11,017 nucleotides of DNA from Paraspadella gotoi (GCA_051294375.1 JBJCIZ010000788.1:1-11017), one strand, 5' to 3'; positions 1-9,097 are shown, counted from the first letter of the stretch. The notes: generated by a model from the letters alone, not told the origin. A program made the numbers and translations.

Positions 1-1127
1 AGCTTCATCGCCCTGCCCCATCAAGAGGCTTCAACGTAAGCTCGACTCCGCATCAATCATCAATCCCAAAATCAGTATGATTTAAATAACATTAATTCTA
101 TCAATCGTCATGGTTTGGCGGGCTTAACACTCGAATTTTGTGAATCCCTTCCACAGCATGATCAAAACTCCCTTCAACAAGTCAACTCATTCACCAAATC
201 GATTCAATCGCCCTCAACTCCGCAATCATTCACTTCATCATCAATCGATTAAATTTTTTACCCCCCAGCGGCGCCTCCCATTGTCGAAAATCACTTCGGC
301 AACATTTTCAAAGCTCCATCAAAAAAAAATTCGGCAAAACAGTTCCGTCCTCCGCGGTTGCTGGAGCCAAGCACCGGAAGGCTCAGAAAGATGAAGAAGG
401 GTCTACGAGCAGGGGGTTTCTCAGACTATTTTTCTTAAGGTTTTCGTCTTTGGTAGACCAAATGCGTTCGTTTTTTTGTTTTTTTTTAAATTTCGCGCCG
501 CGGAATTATCAAATTATCATACAAAAAGCATGAATATAAGTAAATGAATTAAAGTACTAAATAATCTCTGCTCTTCTAATATTTAAATATTACTTGATTA
601 TTTACGACAACAGGTGTTCATTCCCCAATGACATGCAGTCCTGCTCACACTCTTTTATCGAACTTCTAAAGTCAAATTCAGATACGAACATTGCAAAAAA
701 ATATTACGGTAAAGTTATTTATTCTATTTATGGTGTACATGGCTTTTTAAATTTTGCCTTTATTTTTTACTATATTTTTTTTATATATAATATGCACCAT
801 TTTTCAGGAATAGTTTTCTCTGTGTGTTCAAATTAGAAAGTTTATTAAATCAAGGTCAGTTATTATTACTTTTGTTCTTATCTCCTCAAAGATGTTTTTT
901 TATTTATAACTGAATTTTATGTTCTTTCTTATTCTCTTTTTTAAATTGTTTTTCCTCTTGACCAGATAATAAGGGAAGGCGACAAATTCCGTTAATCAAA
1001 CGGTTTCTTCTCTACTATTCCTTTTTTCTTTTTTTTTCTTTCTTTTCTTTCTTTTTTTCTTTTTCTTTCTTCGGTCTTCGTGAATTCATGAGTCCCGCTA
1101 ATTACATCTTCGCTTTTTTTTGATGAA

Positions 1128-1208
1128 TCTCCTCTCTCTCTCTCTCTCTCTTCTCTCCTCTCTCTTCTCTCCTCTCTTCTCTCTCTTCTCTCTCTCTCTC
1201 TCTCTCTC
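1128..1208. repeat. Interrupted (CT)n microsatellite
   Basis: Directly visible CT dinucleotide run with occasional CC/TT interruptions; it produces the Glu/Arg- and Leu/Ser-repeat pseudo-ORFs. Confidence 0.95.
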
Positions 1209-1322
1209 ATGGTGCTTTCATCCCACAGCGCGTTCCCAAAAACGAACAAAGTCTCTTAGAAAAGAGAAGATTTCATTTTCTCCTGTCGATTCAGGTAATT
1301 GATTGATGAGGTTATGAAATAG

Positions 1323-1344
1323 ACAACCACAACAACAACAACAA
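1323..1344. repeat. Short (CAA)n microsatellite
   Basis: acaaccacaacaacaacaacaa immediately upstream of a (CT)n run. Confidence 0.75.
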
Positions 1345-1350
1345 ACGACG

Positions 1351-1364
1351 TCTCTCTCTCTCTA

Positions 1365-1429
<65 letters not shown>
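1351..1429. repeat. (CT)n microsatellite, near perfect
   Basis: About 79 bp of CT repeats with two interruptions, followed by a C run. Confidence 0.97.
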
Positions 1430-1431
<2 letters not shown>

Positions 1432-1479
1432 CCCCCTTTCCTCCCCACTATCAATTTCGAACTTCTTGTATATTTTCTC

Positions 1480-1598
1480 TTTTTCTTATTCTTAATTTTC
1501 CTTTCTTTGTTTTTTCCACCCACCACACCCCCCTTACCCACCCACCCTCCTCCCCTTCTCCTCCTCCCCTCCCCTCCCTTCTCCTTCCTCCCTCCTCC
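1480..1598. repeat. Pyrimidine-rich low-complexity tract (T-rich grading to C-rich)
   Basis: Mostly C/T; includes CCCA and CCT/CCCT units. Confidence 0.85.
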
Positions 1599-1739
1599 AA
1601 CGATCCGGATCGGACGACATCAAAAACAACCCGTCCGCAACGTGAAGGAGGACGTTCCTCGAGAAGACGCGTCGCTTTCAGCGACGTCAACCCGGTTCGT
1701 CGTCGTCAACCATCGATTCGTACGAACGATACCTGTTTA

Positions 1740-1996
1740 CCGGGGAGTTGATCAAGAGCACGTACAAGTAAGGACTAAGGAGAGATTACTTATCTTGACT
1801 GTGATCTTAACGGACAGGGCGTTTATTAAAACACGCGTTACCAAAAGTAAGTCGAGATGCTCCTGACCCGGGGAGATTTGCATCAAGAGCCAGATGGGTA
1901 AGGACTAAGGAGATATGATCCTTACCCGGGTGAGTCGATGGTACTAGGTGAGCTGAGAGATGTCCTGACCCAGATTGTGCATAAAAGTAGTAAGTC
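1740..1996 (+). repeat. Degenerate tandem duplication (~130-bp spacing, partial third copy)
   Basis: Exact 16-mer GTAAGGACTAAGGAGA at 1768-1783 and 1898-1913; CCGGGGAG at 1740-1747 and 1868-1875; ATCAAGAGC at 1751-1759 and 1882-1890; GAGATG(C)TCCTGACCC at 1854-1869 and 1957-1971. Confidence 0.85.
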
Positions 1997-2828
1997 CTTT
2001 TGCCGTTACACAACTGCGGACAACTCTATGACAAAACAATGACCCATAAACATCCTAATCCATAAAAACAAATTAACAAAATTTATGTCGCTCTGAAAAA
2101 ATCCAGCTAAATATCACTGATTCTGAATTAATCTTTTTAAGTGCTCACGCTCACAAAACTTTAAATCTTTAATTCCCTCTCCCCTCCCCATTATACGGAA
2201 TATCTGATGACTTTTTCGTCAGACATTGTCCGCCCAAGATGGACACCATCACGGAACCATGGATGATATGGACAAACTTTGGCCATGAACCCTTACCTCG
2301 ATTCCTCAGCAGCAAAAGGACCGGTAAGTCGTGAGCCTCTTTGCGTTGCTGGTACAGGCAGCAGCCGATGAATAGAAGAGAAGATATTCGACGAAGGAAA
2401 AAAAAAAAGTTTTCCTCTGGATCGCCAAAAGTGAATCTGAGATTCGAAGTCCTGAAACATGGCGAAAAATGGTCAAGTCAGTCAGATTGAGCGCAGTGGT
2501 CACTGGTCATCGTCTCTCCCTGAATTGACCATCGTGGGCGCTCTTGTAATGGGCTTCAGTGGCCGCTTTCCGAAATGAAAGAGACGGGTCAAGGTGGAAC
2601 TTGGACGGATGGTGGCATCGGTTGCGGCGAAGGCCAATGGATTTCCTCTTTGCCTCATATCCCCCCTCCTCCTGTCCTCCTCCTCCTCCTTCATCCAAAC
2701 CCCGTATTTTGGTCCCCTTTTTCTCGCCCCACTCCCAAAATTTCGGCTCCATGGTGACAACCCATAATCGGATTTTTTTTTTTTATCTCAAATCACCTTC
2801 GCGTTAACCGGGGATCTTCTTTGGCGTT

Positions 2829-3150
2829 CTCTCTCTCCTCTCGCTCTCTCTCGCTCTCTCTCTCCTACTACTCCTCTTCTCTCTCTTCTCTCTCTCTCGT
2901 CTCTCTCTCTCTCTCCTCTCTTCTCTTCTACTTTTTTTTTTTTCTCTCTCTCTACTACATTCTTCTCTCTTTCTCTCTTTTTTCTCTTATCTCTCTTTTC
3001 TCCTCTACTTTTACTCTCTCTCTTTCCTCTCTCTCTTTTCTCTCTTTCTTTCTTTCTTTTCTTTCTTTCTTTTTTTCTTTCTTTCCTTCTTTTTCTTTCT
3101 TTCTTTTTCTCTCTCTCTGCACTCTCCTATCTCACTCTTCCACTTCCATT
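2829..3150. repeat. Long polypyrimidine tract, (CT)n grading into (CTTT)n
   Basis: About 320 bp almost entirely C/T on the + strand. Confidence 0.95.
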
Positions 3151-3153
3151 CAG

Positions 3154-3174
3154 ACTTTCCTCAGATTTATCCTG
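3154..3174 (+). other. Candidate 21-nt microexon
   Basis: First AG (cag 3151-3153) after a long pyrimidine tract; consensus donor CTG|GTAAGT at 3175; length divisible by 3. No transcript evidence. Confidence 0.25.
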
Positions 3175-4999
3175 GTAAGTCAAAAAATGACATTCGGAAA
3201 AAACTTCATATATCAAATTGTTATATCTCTAACTTCTCGCTTTTTCTTTTGAAAAAGATAAATAAGTAAATTAAGGACATAAACAAAAACACAGAACCGT
3301 TGAAACAAAAAAAAATTCAGAGGGAAAAAAAAAAAATTTATAAGAAAATAATAAAGAAACTAATCTTCGAAAAAATGAGATTAAGAGAAAAAAAGAAAAT
3401 AAAAAGGAAAAGGAAAAGAAAATTAAAAAAGGAGAGAAAAGGAGAAAAAATCCACTTCGCTGAAAAATGATGCGGAAAATAAGATTTGTTTAAGTCCGAC
3501 AGTCTTTTGTTTTTTTTTATCCAGCGTCGTCTGCTGCCAAAGTTTAGTTTCCATCTCGTCACGCCGCGTCGGACTCGTTGGCGCTGATGTTGAGCGACGG
3601 CGCGGATTTGGATAAAAAAAAAGGGCATCAGGGTAAATAGAAATAATTAATTAGAATTGGGGAGAGGTGTTTATAAGAGAGGCGTTGGAGGAAAAAAAAA
3701 AAGGAGGTTAATGAAAATATAAGAATATAAAAAGATGGGAATTATGAACTTAAATTAATTCTAACTAATTATGAAATGACGTTGTTGACAGAAAAAGTTT
3801 TTCATTTATTGCATCAGACAATTCAATCTTAATACTAGGAAATAAATCAGCATAAGCTTTAATTTAAATCATACTCTAAGGTAGAGCGAATTTTTTAACA
3901 AACTGCACCAAACGGAAATAGTTACTTCACGCCCATTGCTATTAACTATGTAGCCTCACAGAACAGCAATTATCAAAAAATGTTTCGCTTAAAGTCTCCA
4001 CACAAAAACTTTATTCAATAGCTGTGACGCTGCGTAATATCACTAGCCGAAGAAGAAATCTAGAATTAATCGCGTAGATTCTATCGAAAAAAATCGGAAA
4101 CGATAAAGAAGAAAAGGGAATTATATACGATATCAGATATTTTATTTTATGACCCAATCATAAAAATAAAATAAAATTCTAAAAAATATTCACAACTTTT
4201 CCCAGGTTGATTTTTTTCTTATCTATTTTTTTTTTTTTAACTTTTTCATTTTCTCACCGCAATTTAATTTTTTTCCGCTTTAAATGTCGGATCGATTTTT
4301 TTAAACATTTAAAAATTTTATATTTTGATTTCGTAAATTTGATACAAAAAAAGAAACTAAATTTCTTTCCGGTTCCGATACGTCTTATTTTCTTCGATTT
4401 TTTTGTCTCTTTTTTAAACTTTTTTTGGTCCCCGGGTTTCCGTATTCATTTTTTTTTCTTCTAAAATTTTCCATTTTCTCGTTTTAATGAACGTTTTTTG
4501 TCTAAAATAAAAAAAAACGTGGGCTTCTTGTATTATCGTTTGATGCGTGAATTGAGTTTGAACGGAACAGCACCCATAATTGACCGCGGACTCTCCCCCC
4601 CCACGCCCCCTCCCCCTTCTCGAATTGCGCCCTGGGGACAGCCAAATTAGTAATTGTCTTGATTTTAGCGTAACGATATTTAAAATATCATATCTAAGCG
4701 CTTAAAGATACTTTAAAACTTGTTTAGTCTTTACGGAAACGATCATTAAAAGTGACGTGGCTTTTTTTTAACAGAAAAAAAAAAAGATTAATGTTTTATT
4801 ATTTTTTCTTTTCTTGAAATTCAATTTTCGCAGTTGTCTGGGGGAGAGAAAGAAACGTCCCCCCTTCCTTTTGCTGTATAAGATAGATATTTCGCAAAGT
4901 TTTAAGGCGTTAAAACTTATATTTGATAAAAATTCCTCCCTTCTTCTTTTTTTTTTACTTTTTCCCCACGGAAAAAAAAAACCCAAAAACTTCCCTCAA

Positions 5000-5340
5000 T
5001 TTTATCCCCACTTTTCCTTCCTTCTGTTTTCTTTTCTACCTTCCTATCACTTCATCTTTCCCATTCTTTCCTTCCACAACTTTATACTTCTCATTACCCC
5101 TCATCTTCCTCTTTCCTCTCCCCCTCATTCCGCCCCCCCCCGATTTTCATCGTCTTCCCCCTTCTTCCCCAACTTCCCTTTTCCCCCTCTTCCTTCTTCC
5201 CTTCTCTTCTACCTTCCCTTCTCTTCTTCCCTCTCTTCCTCCCACCTCTCCCTTTCTACCTCACCTTCCCTTCTCCCCCTTCCTCTTCCCCGTCTCCTCC
5301 TTCCCTTGCTACTACCCTTCTCCTCGCCGTTCCCCCCCCC
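5000..5340. repeat. Polypyrimidine low-complexity tract (CTTCC/CCCT-like units)
   Basis: About 340 bp strongly C/T-biased; source of the Phe/Pro/Leu/Ser pseudo-ORFs 4814-5359 and 4923-5501. Confidence 0.9.
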
Positions 5341-5367
5341 AAAGAGCCTCCTCACGTGATACCCACC

Positions 5368-5526
5368 ATGAAACAAGAACTCTCTTCGAAGTTCGCTTTC
5401 CGCATCCACTTTCATCAAAGCCGTTCGTCGACTCGAAGAAAATCGCCGGAAGACGTCGAAGCTCAGAGTCGAGATTCGAGGGCGGCGGCAGGCAGCAGTG
5501 ACGAGCGACTGCAGCGGCTAGGAGAG
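5368..5526 (+). CDS. Possible first coding exon of unknown protein (MKQELSSKF...LQRLGE)
   Basis: ATG in Kozak-like context CCCACCATG, GC-rich open frame, phase-0 donor-like GAG|GTACGG at 5527. No recognisable homology. Confidence 0.2.
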
Positions 5527-5924
5527 GTACGGGGGAGGGAGCGGGATTCAGGTGTCAGTCAGTCTGGCCGTCGCGTCCGTCCGTCCGTCCGTTCGGTCCA
5601 TTTTGGGCCGCAGATTGAGGCGAAAAGGAAAGAGCTTCAGCTGAACCCCAGCCCGTCAATAATGTTCAATTGAACATTTTACATTTAATTATTTATCATT
5701 ATCTATTATTATCCTTTTGTTAATTGTCGTATTTGAAATATAAAGCATCGTTACGGTAATAGCTTTGGCTATTCTTTTTGTTCGAAAAACATTATATTAC
5801 ATACGGTAACCTTTCCAGGTACTGCTTAAACTGATCTTCATCACAATGCGGTATTTCCTTTTTCGTTAACCGCCTAAATCAATAATGGTAACCAAGTTTC
5901 AGTCGACCGAACTAATCTTACTTT

Positions 5925-5943
5925 AATAATAATAATAATAATA

Positions 5944-5990
<47 letters not shown>

Positions 5991-6018
5991 TAATAATAAT
6001 AATAATAATAATAATAAT
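5925..6018. repeat. (AAT)n microsatellite
   Basis: About 31 AAT units with two single-base interruptions. Confidence 0.98.
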
Positions 6019-6055
6019 CTTTTAAAAACTCTTTGACAACGTTTAACAAACTAAA

Positions 6056-6126
6056 CACCTCGACACCCGACCACCTCGACACCTCGGGACACCCCCCGAC
6101 CACCCGGACTCCCCAAAACCCCCCCC
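6056..6126. repeat. Degenerate C-rich short tandem repeat (CACCTCGAC / CACCCGAC units)
   Basis: cacctcgac-acccgac-cacctcgac-acctcgggac-accccccgac-cacccggac, followed by C runs. Confidence 0.7.
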
Positions 6127-7142
6127 ATTTTTTTCCCACCCTTTTCAAAAAAACCTTTTTTATTCCTCCCCAACAGTTTCGTGGGCAAAAGTTGACGGCG
6201 TCTAATATACATCCGGGCGTCGACAGGTCGCTTCCCAACGCCCTCTACAATCTCCACAATGCGCGACGGAATTTCCAGTCCGGGCGCCAAATCTCTGCCG
6301 CATTTCTTCGACTGTTTGCTGCATCCATCGGTGCTACAGTTGCCAGGCAAGAGACTCAGGGAAATCACCAGGGAATACAGTGATGACGAAGAATGATGAT
6401 TATCATGATTATGAAATGTACAACCGATTTAAAAATATGTTAACCAATATTATTATGATGAATCGAATTATTTAGATGATAATTATGATTAATATGATTA
6501 TTTATGATAACGCCGAGTGGAGGTTTGATAAACACCAATTTCGCTTTTCTTCAGAGCCGTGGACGCCATCATCCACAAGATCCTCAACGGTCTGGCGCCA
6601 GATTGATCGAGTCTGGAAGAGATCTACGTCGAACGAAATTAAATTATTGTTTTTGCGGGTTTTTTTCCCAAATTTTCTCCACCCCCCCGTTGACCGGGCT
6701 GTTCAAGGATGCAGGTGAAGTCCGCTTCTTTTAATTATTTTTTATTTATTTAAAATTGTGCTAACTTCACTTGGGATAATAGTGTGAGAGAGATGTACCG
6801 CCTCGCTTAACTGTCGGTTCGTATTGCGGAGAAAATCTCCGTTGCGAATTTTGTTAGCTTTACTTAACATTATAAATGATTGAGAGAAGTTAAATACTAA
6901 AAACTCGACTTCCTTTATTAAGAGTCTGAACTTTTTTAAAATTCCTATTGAGCTCAGAGAAGACATTATCAGTAAAAATTGAAATAAAGAATATAAAGGC
7001 AGAGTTATGCAAATAGGAGTACACAGTGATTATATTCTGAAAATATATACGAGAATTAAAATTTAAAATCTTTTTCGGGGCCAAAAAGACACGAAATTTT
7101 TCAGTTTTGAAATCCAGAAAGACCGTTTTCGGGGAAGAGCTT

Positions 7143-7244
7143 GAGAGAGAGAGAGAGAGAGAGAGAGAAGAGATGATGAGAGAGAGAGAGAGAGACGAAG
7201 AGGAGACGACGAGAGAGAGGAGAGGATCGAGAGAGAGAGAGAGA
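7143..7244. repeat. Interrupted (GA)n microsatellite
   Basis: Three GA runs separated by short purine-rich spacers. Confidence 0.95.
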
Positions 7245-7339
7245 ATAACCAACGACCGTCATGGAAAAACGTTTAAAAAAAAAGAAAATCCTCCGCCGAT
7301 TAAAAACCCGTCACGAATTCGTCTGAAAAATCTTTTTTT

Positions 7340-7453
7340 TTCCTCGCCTTCCCCCCTCTCTCCACCATTCTCCTCCCAATTTCCTCTCTCATTATCCCCT
7401 TCCTTTCCACGCTCCCTCTCTTCTCTTTCCCTCCCTTTCTCCCCCCCCCCCCC
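7340..7453. repeat. Polypyrimidine tract ending in poly-C
   Basis: Directly visible C/T tract, C13 at 7441-7453. Confidence 0.85.
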
Positions 7454-7520
7454 AGGACGATCGCCAAATTTGCGCGGGCGAGAACTTTCAAGTGGAATCT
7501 CTCTCTCTGAAGTCGTCGGT

Positions 7521-7744
7521 GAGAGAGGGAGAGAGGGTAGAGAGGGAGAAAGAGAGGTAGGGAAGAAAAGAGAAGGGAGGAACGGAGGGAAGAGAGGAAG
7601 GGAGAAGGGAGGGAAAGAGGAAAAGAGAGGAGAGGGAAAAAGGGAAGAGGAGGACGGGGGAGAAAAAGAGGAAGGGATTAGGAAAGTGGAAAAGAGAGAG
7701 AGATAGGAGGGAGAAGGAAACAAGAGAGCGGAAAGAAGAGGGAG
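7521..7744. repeat. Polypurine (G/A) low-complexity tract
   Basis: About 220 bp nearly all A/G. Confidence 0.92.
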
Positions 7745-7799
7745 ATAATAATAATAATAATGATAATAATAATAATACTAATAATTAATAATTATTATT
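7745..7799. repeat. Imperfect (AAT)n microsatellite
   Basis: AAT run with interruptions, flipping to ATT at the 3' end. Confidence 0.9.
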
Positions 7800-7955
7800 C
7801 TATATATTAATTAGAGACTCGGCAAAATCTGCGACTGTGATACAAAAACTACGACGACGATTTCGAATCTTCGCTTGATTTTTGGAGGCGAAGGACTTGA
7901 ACGCGCGCACTGGAGGCGACGAAGACGGTGGCGAGCGATTCGTCAGGTAGAGATT

Positions 7956-8080
7956 GGGATGGAATGGATGGAATGGAATGGAAAGATATTGAATGGAATG
8001 GAATGAATGGAATAATATGAATGGAATTGAAATAGGAACTTTGGATAGATGGAATGATATGGAATGGAATGGAATGGAAT
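7956..8080. repeat. Degenerate (GGAAT)n pentanucleotide repeat
   Basis: Multiple GGAAT units (four perfect at 8061-8080), decaying into GAATT/GATTGA-rich sequence to ~8185. Confidence 0.9.
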
Positions 8081-8449
8081 TAATGAGAGATTGAACGAAT
8101 TGATGAATGAGAGATTGATGAACGAAATAATGGGAAAACTGAATTGAATGATTGAATATTATTAAATAAAGGAAAATGAATTGAAAATAAACGAAGAGAG
8201 AGTTAATTAAATAAATAATAACGTAAACAATGACTGAAATTCTTTAAATGAAAAAACATTTAAGAAGTTTAAAAAATTGTATTTATAAAACTTTAGGGGG
8301 GAAGAAAAAAAAAATGAAAATAAAAATCATATATATTTTTTCTCATAACAGAGACAACATCGTCAAGTGACATTTTCTTTGGCCGATTCTTCGGTATCTC
8401 GTATGTGAAAATTAAACGCTCCTCCATTTCTCACTATTTTACGTAAGTA

Positions 8450-8512
8450 TCTCTCTCAGTCTCTGTCTGTATGTCTCTCTCTCTCTCCCTTCTCTCTCTC
8501 TCTCCCTTTCTT
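8450..8512. repeat. Short interrupted (CT)n tract
   Basis: CT and CTGT units directly visible. Confidence 0.8.
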
Positions 8513-8763
8513 CCATCGATCAGAGAATCTATTTTTCGTCTCGTCCGCCTTTCCCCCCTCACCCCTCCCTCCCTCTCGTCCACATTTTTCACGCGGCACG
8601 AATCACATTCGCTAAAAGTCCCCACCGCGTTGCCTAAGGGTCGCGTCTCCGTTGCTGGGTCACCGCGAAACTCACTCATTCATGTTGAAGGTTTTAAGGC
8701 TTCGGTCCCGAGTTTTTCTTACCTTTAACGGTTTTTTCCTTTTTTTGGGGGGTTCTACGGATG

Positions 8764-8850
8764 GAGGAAAAGAAAAAGAAAAGAAAGAGGGAGGAAAGAA
8801 GGAGGAAAGAAAGGGAAAGAAATAGAAGCGGAGAGGAAGGAAAGAAAAGA
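8764..8850. repeat. Polypurine tract (GAAA/GGAA units)
   Basis: Nearly all A/G. Confidence 0.85.
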
Positions 8851-9048
8851 AGCAACGAAACATGACATTGCACATAAAATGACATGACATGGACTAAAAA
8901 AATTGTTTGCCCGTGTATTTTATGACATTTATTTCTTTATAGTTTTAGGAATTCCTTGAAGGCGTGTGCGGCAGTTCCTTGGATTTAACGTTTCTGTCTT
9001 AACAAATGAGCAAAACTATAGTCAAAAATTTAATGTAAGTGGGAAAGG

Positions 9049-9097
9049 ACCGACTGACAGACGTAACCGACTGCACCGACTGACAGACGACCGTTGC
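9049..9097 (+). repeat. 26-bp-period tandem duplication
   Basis: Exact 15-mer ACCGACTGACAGACG at 9049-9063 and 9075-9089, each followed by ACCGACTGC / ACCGTTGC. Confidence 0.85.

Noticed and set aside
50-250. TCAA/ATCA-rich segment as a tandem repeat
   Set aside because: Motif enrichment without a consistent period; treated as cryptic low complexity.
1867-1908. PGEICIKS peptide resembling the acyl-CoA synthetase/luciferase GEICxKG motif
   Set aside because: Stop codon follows within six codons, the other repeat copy does not preserve the frame, and no other adenylation motifs are present.
1740-1996. Repeat-spacer pattern as a CRISPR array
   Set aside because: Only two full copies, 16-bp core, ~114-bp partly homologous spacer, no cas genes, eukaryote-like context.
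2204-2230. CTGATGA as a hammerhead ribozyme core
   Set aside because: No GAAA after a stem II and no stem I/III pairing; the motif is instead paired in a simple hairpin.
5575-5592. (GTCC)n as the microsatellite of a DINE-1/Helentron-type element
   Set aside because: Only about four units; no subterminal inverted repeats or 3' stem-loop recognised.
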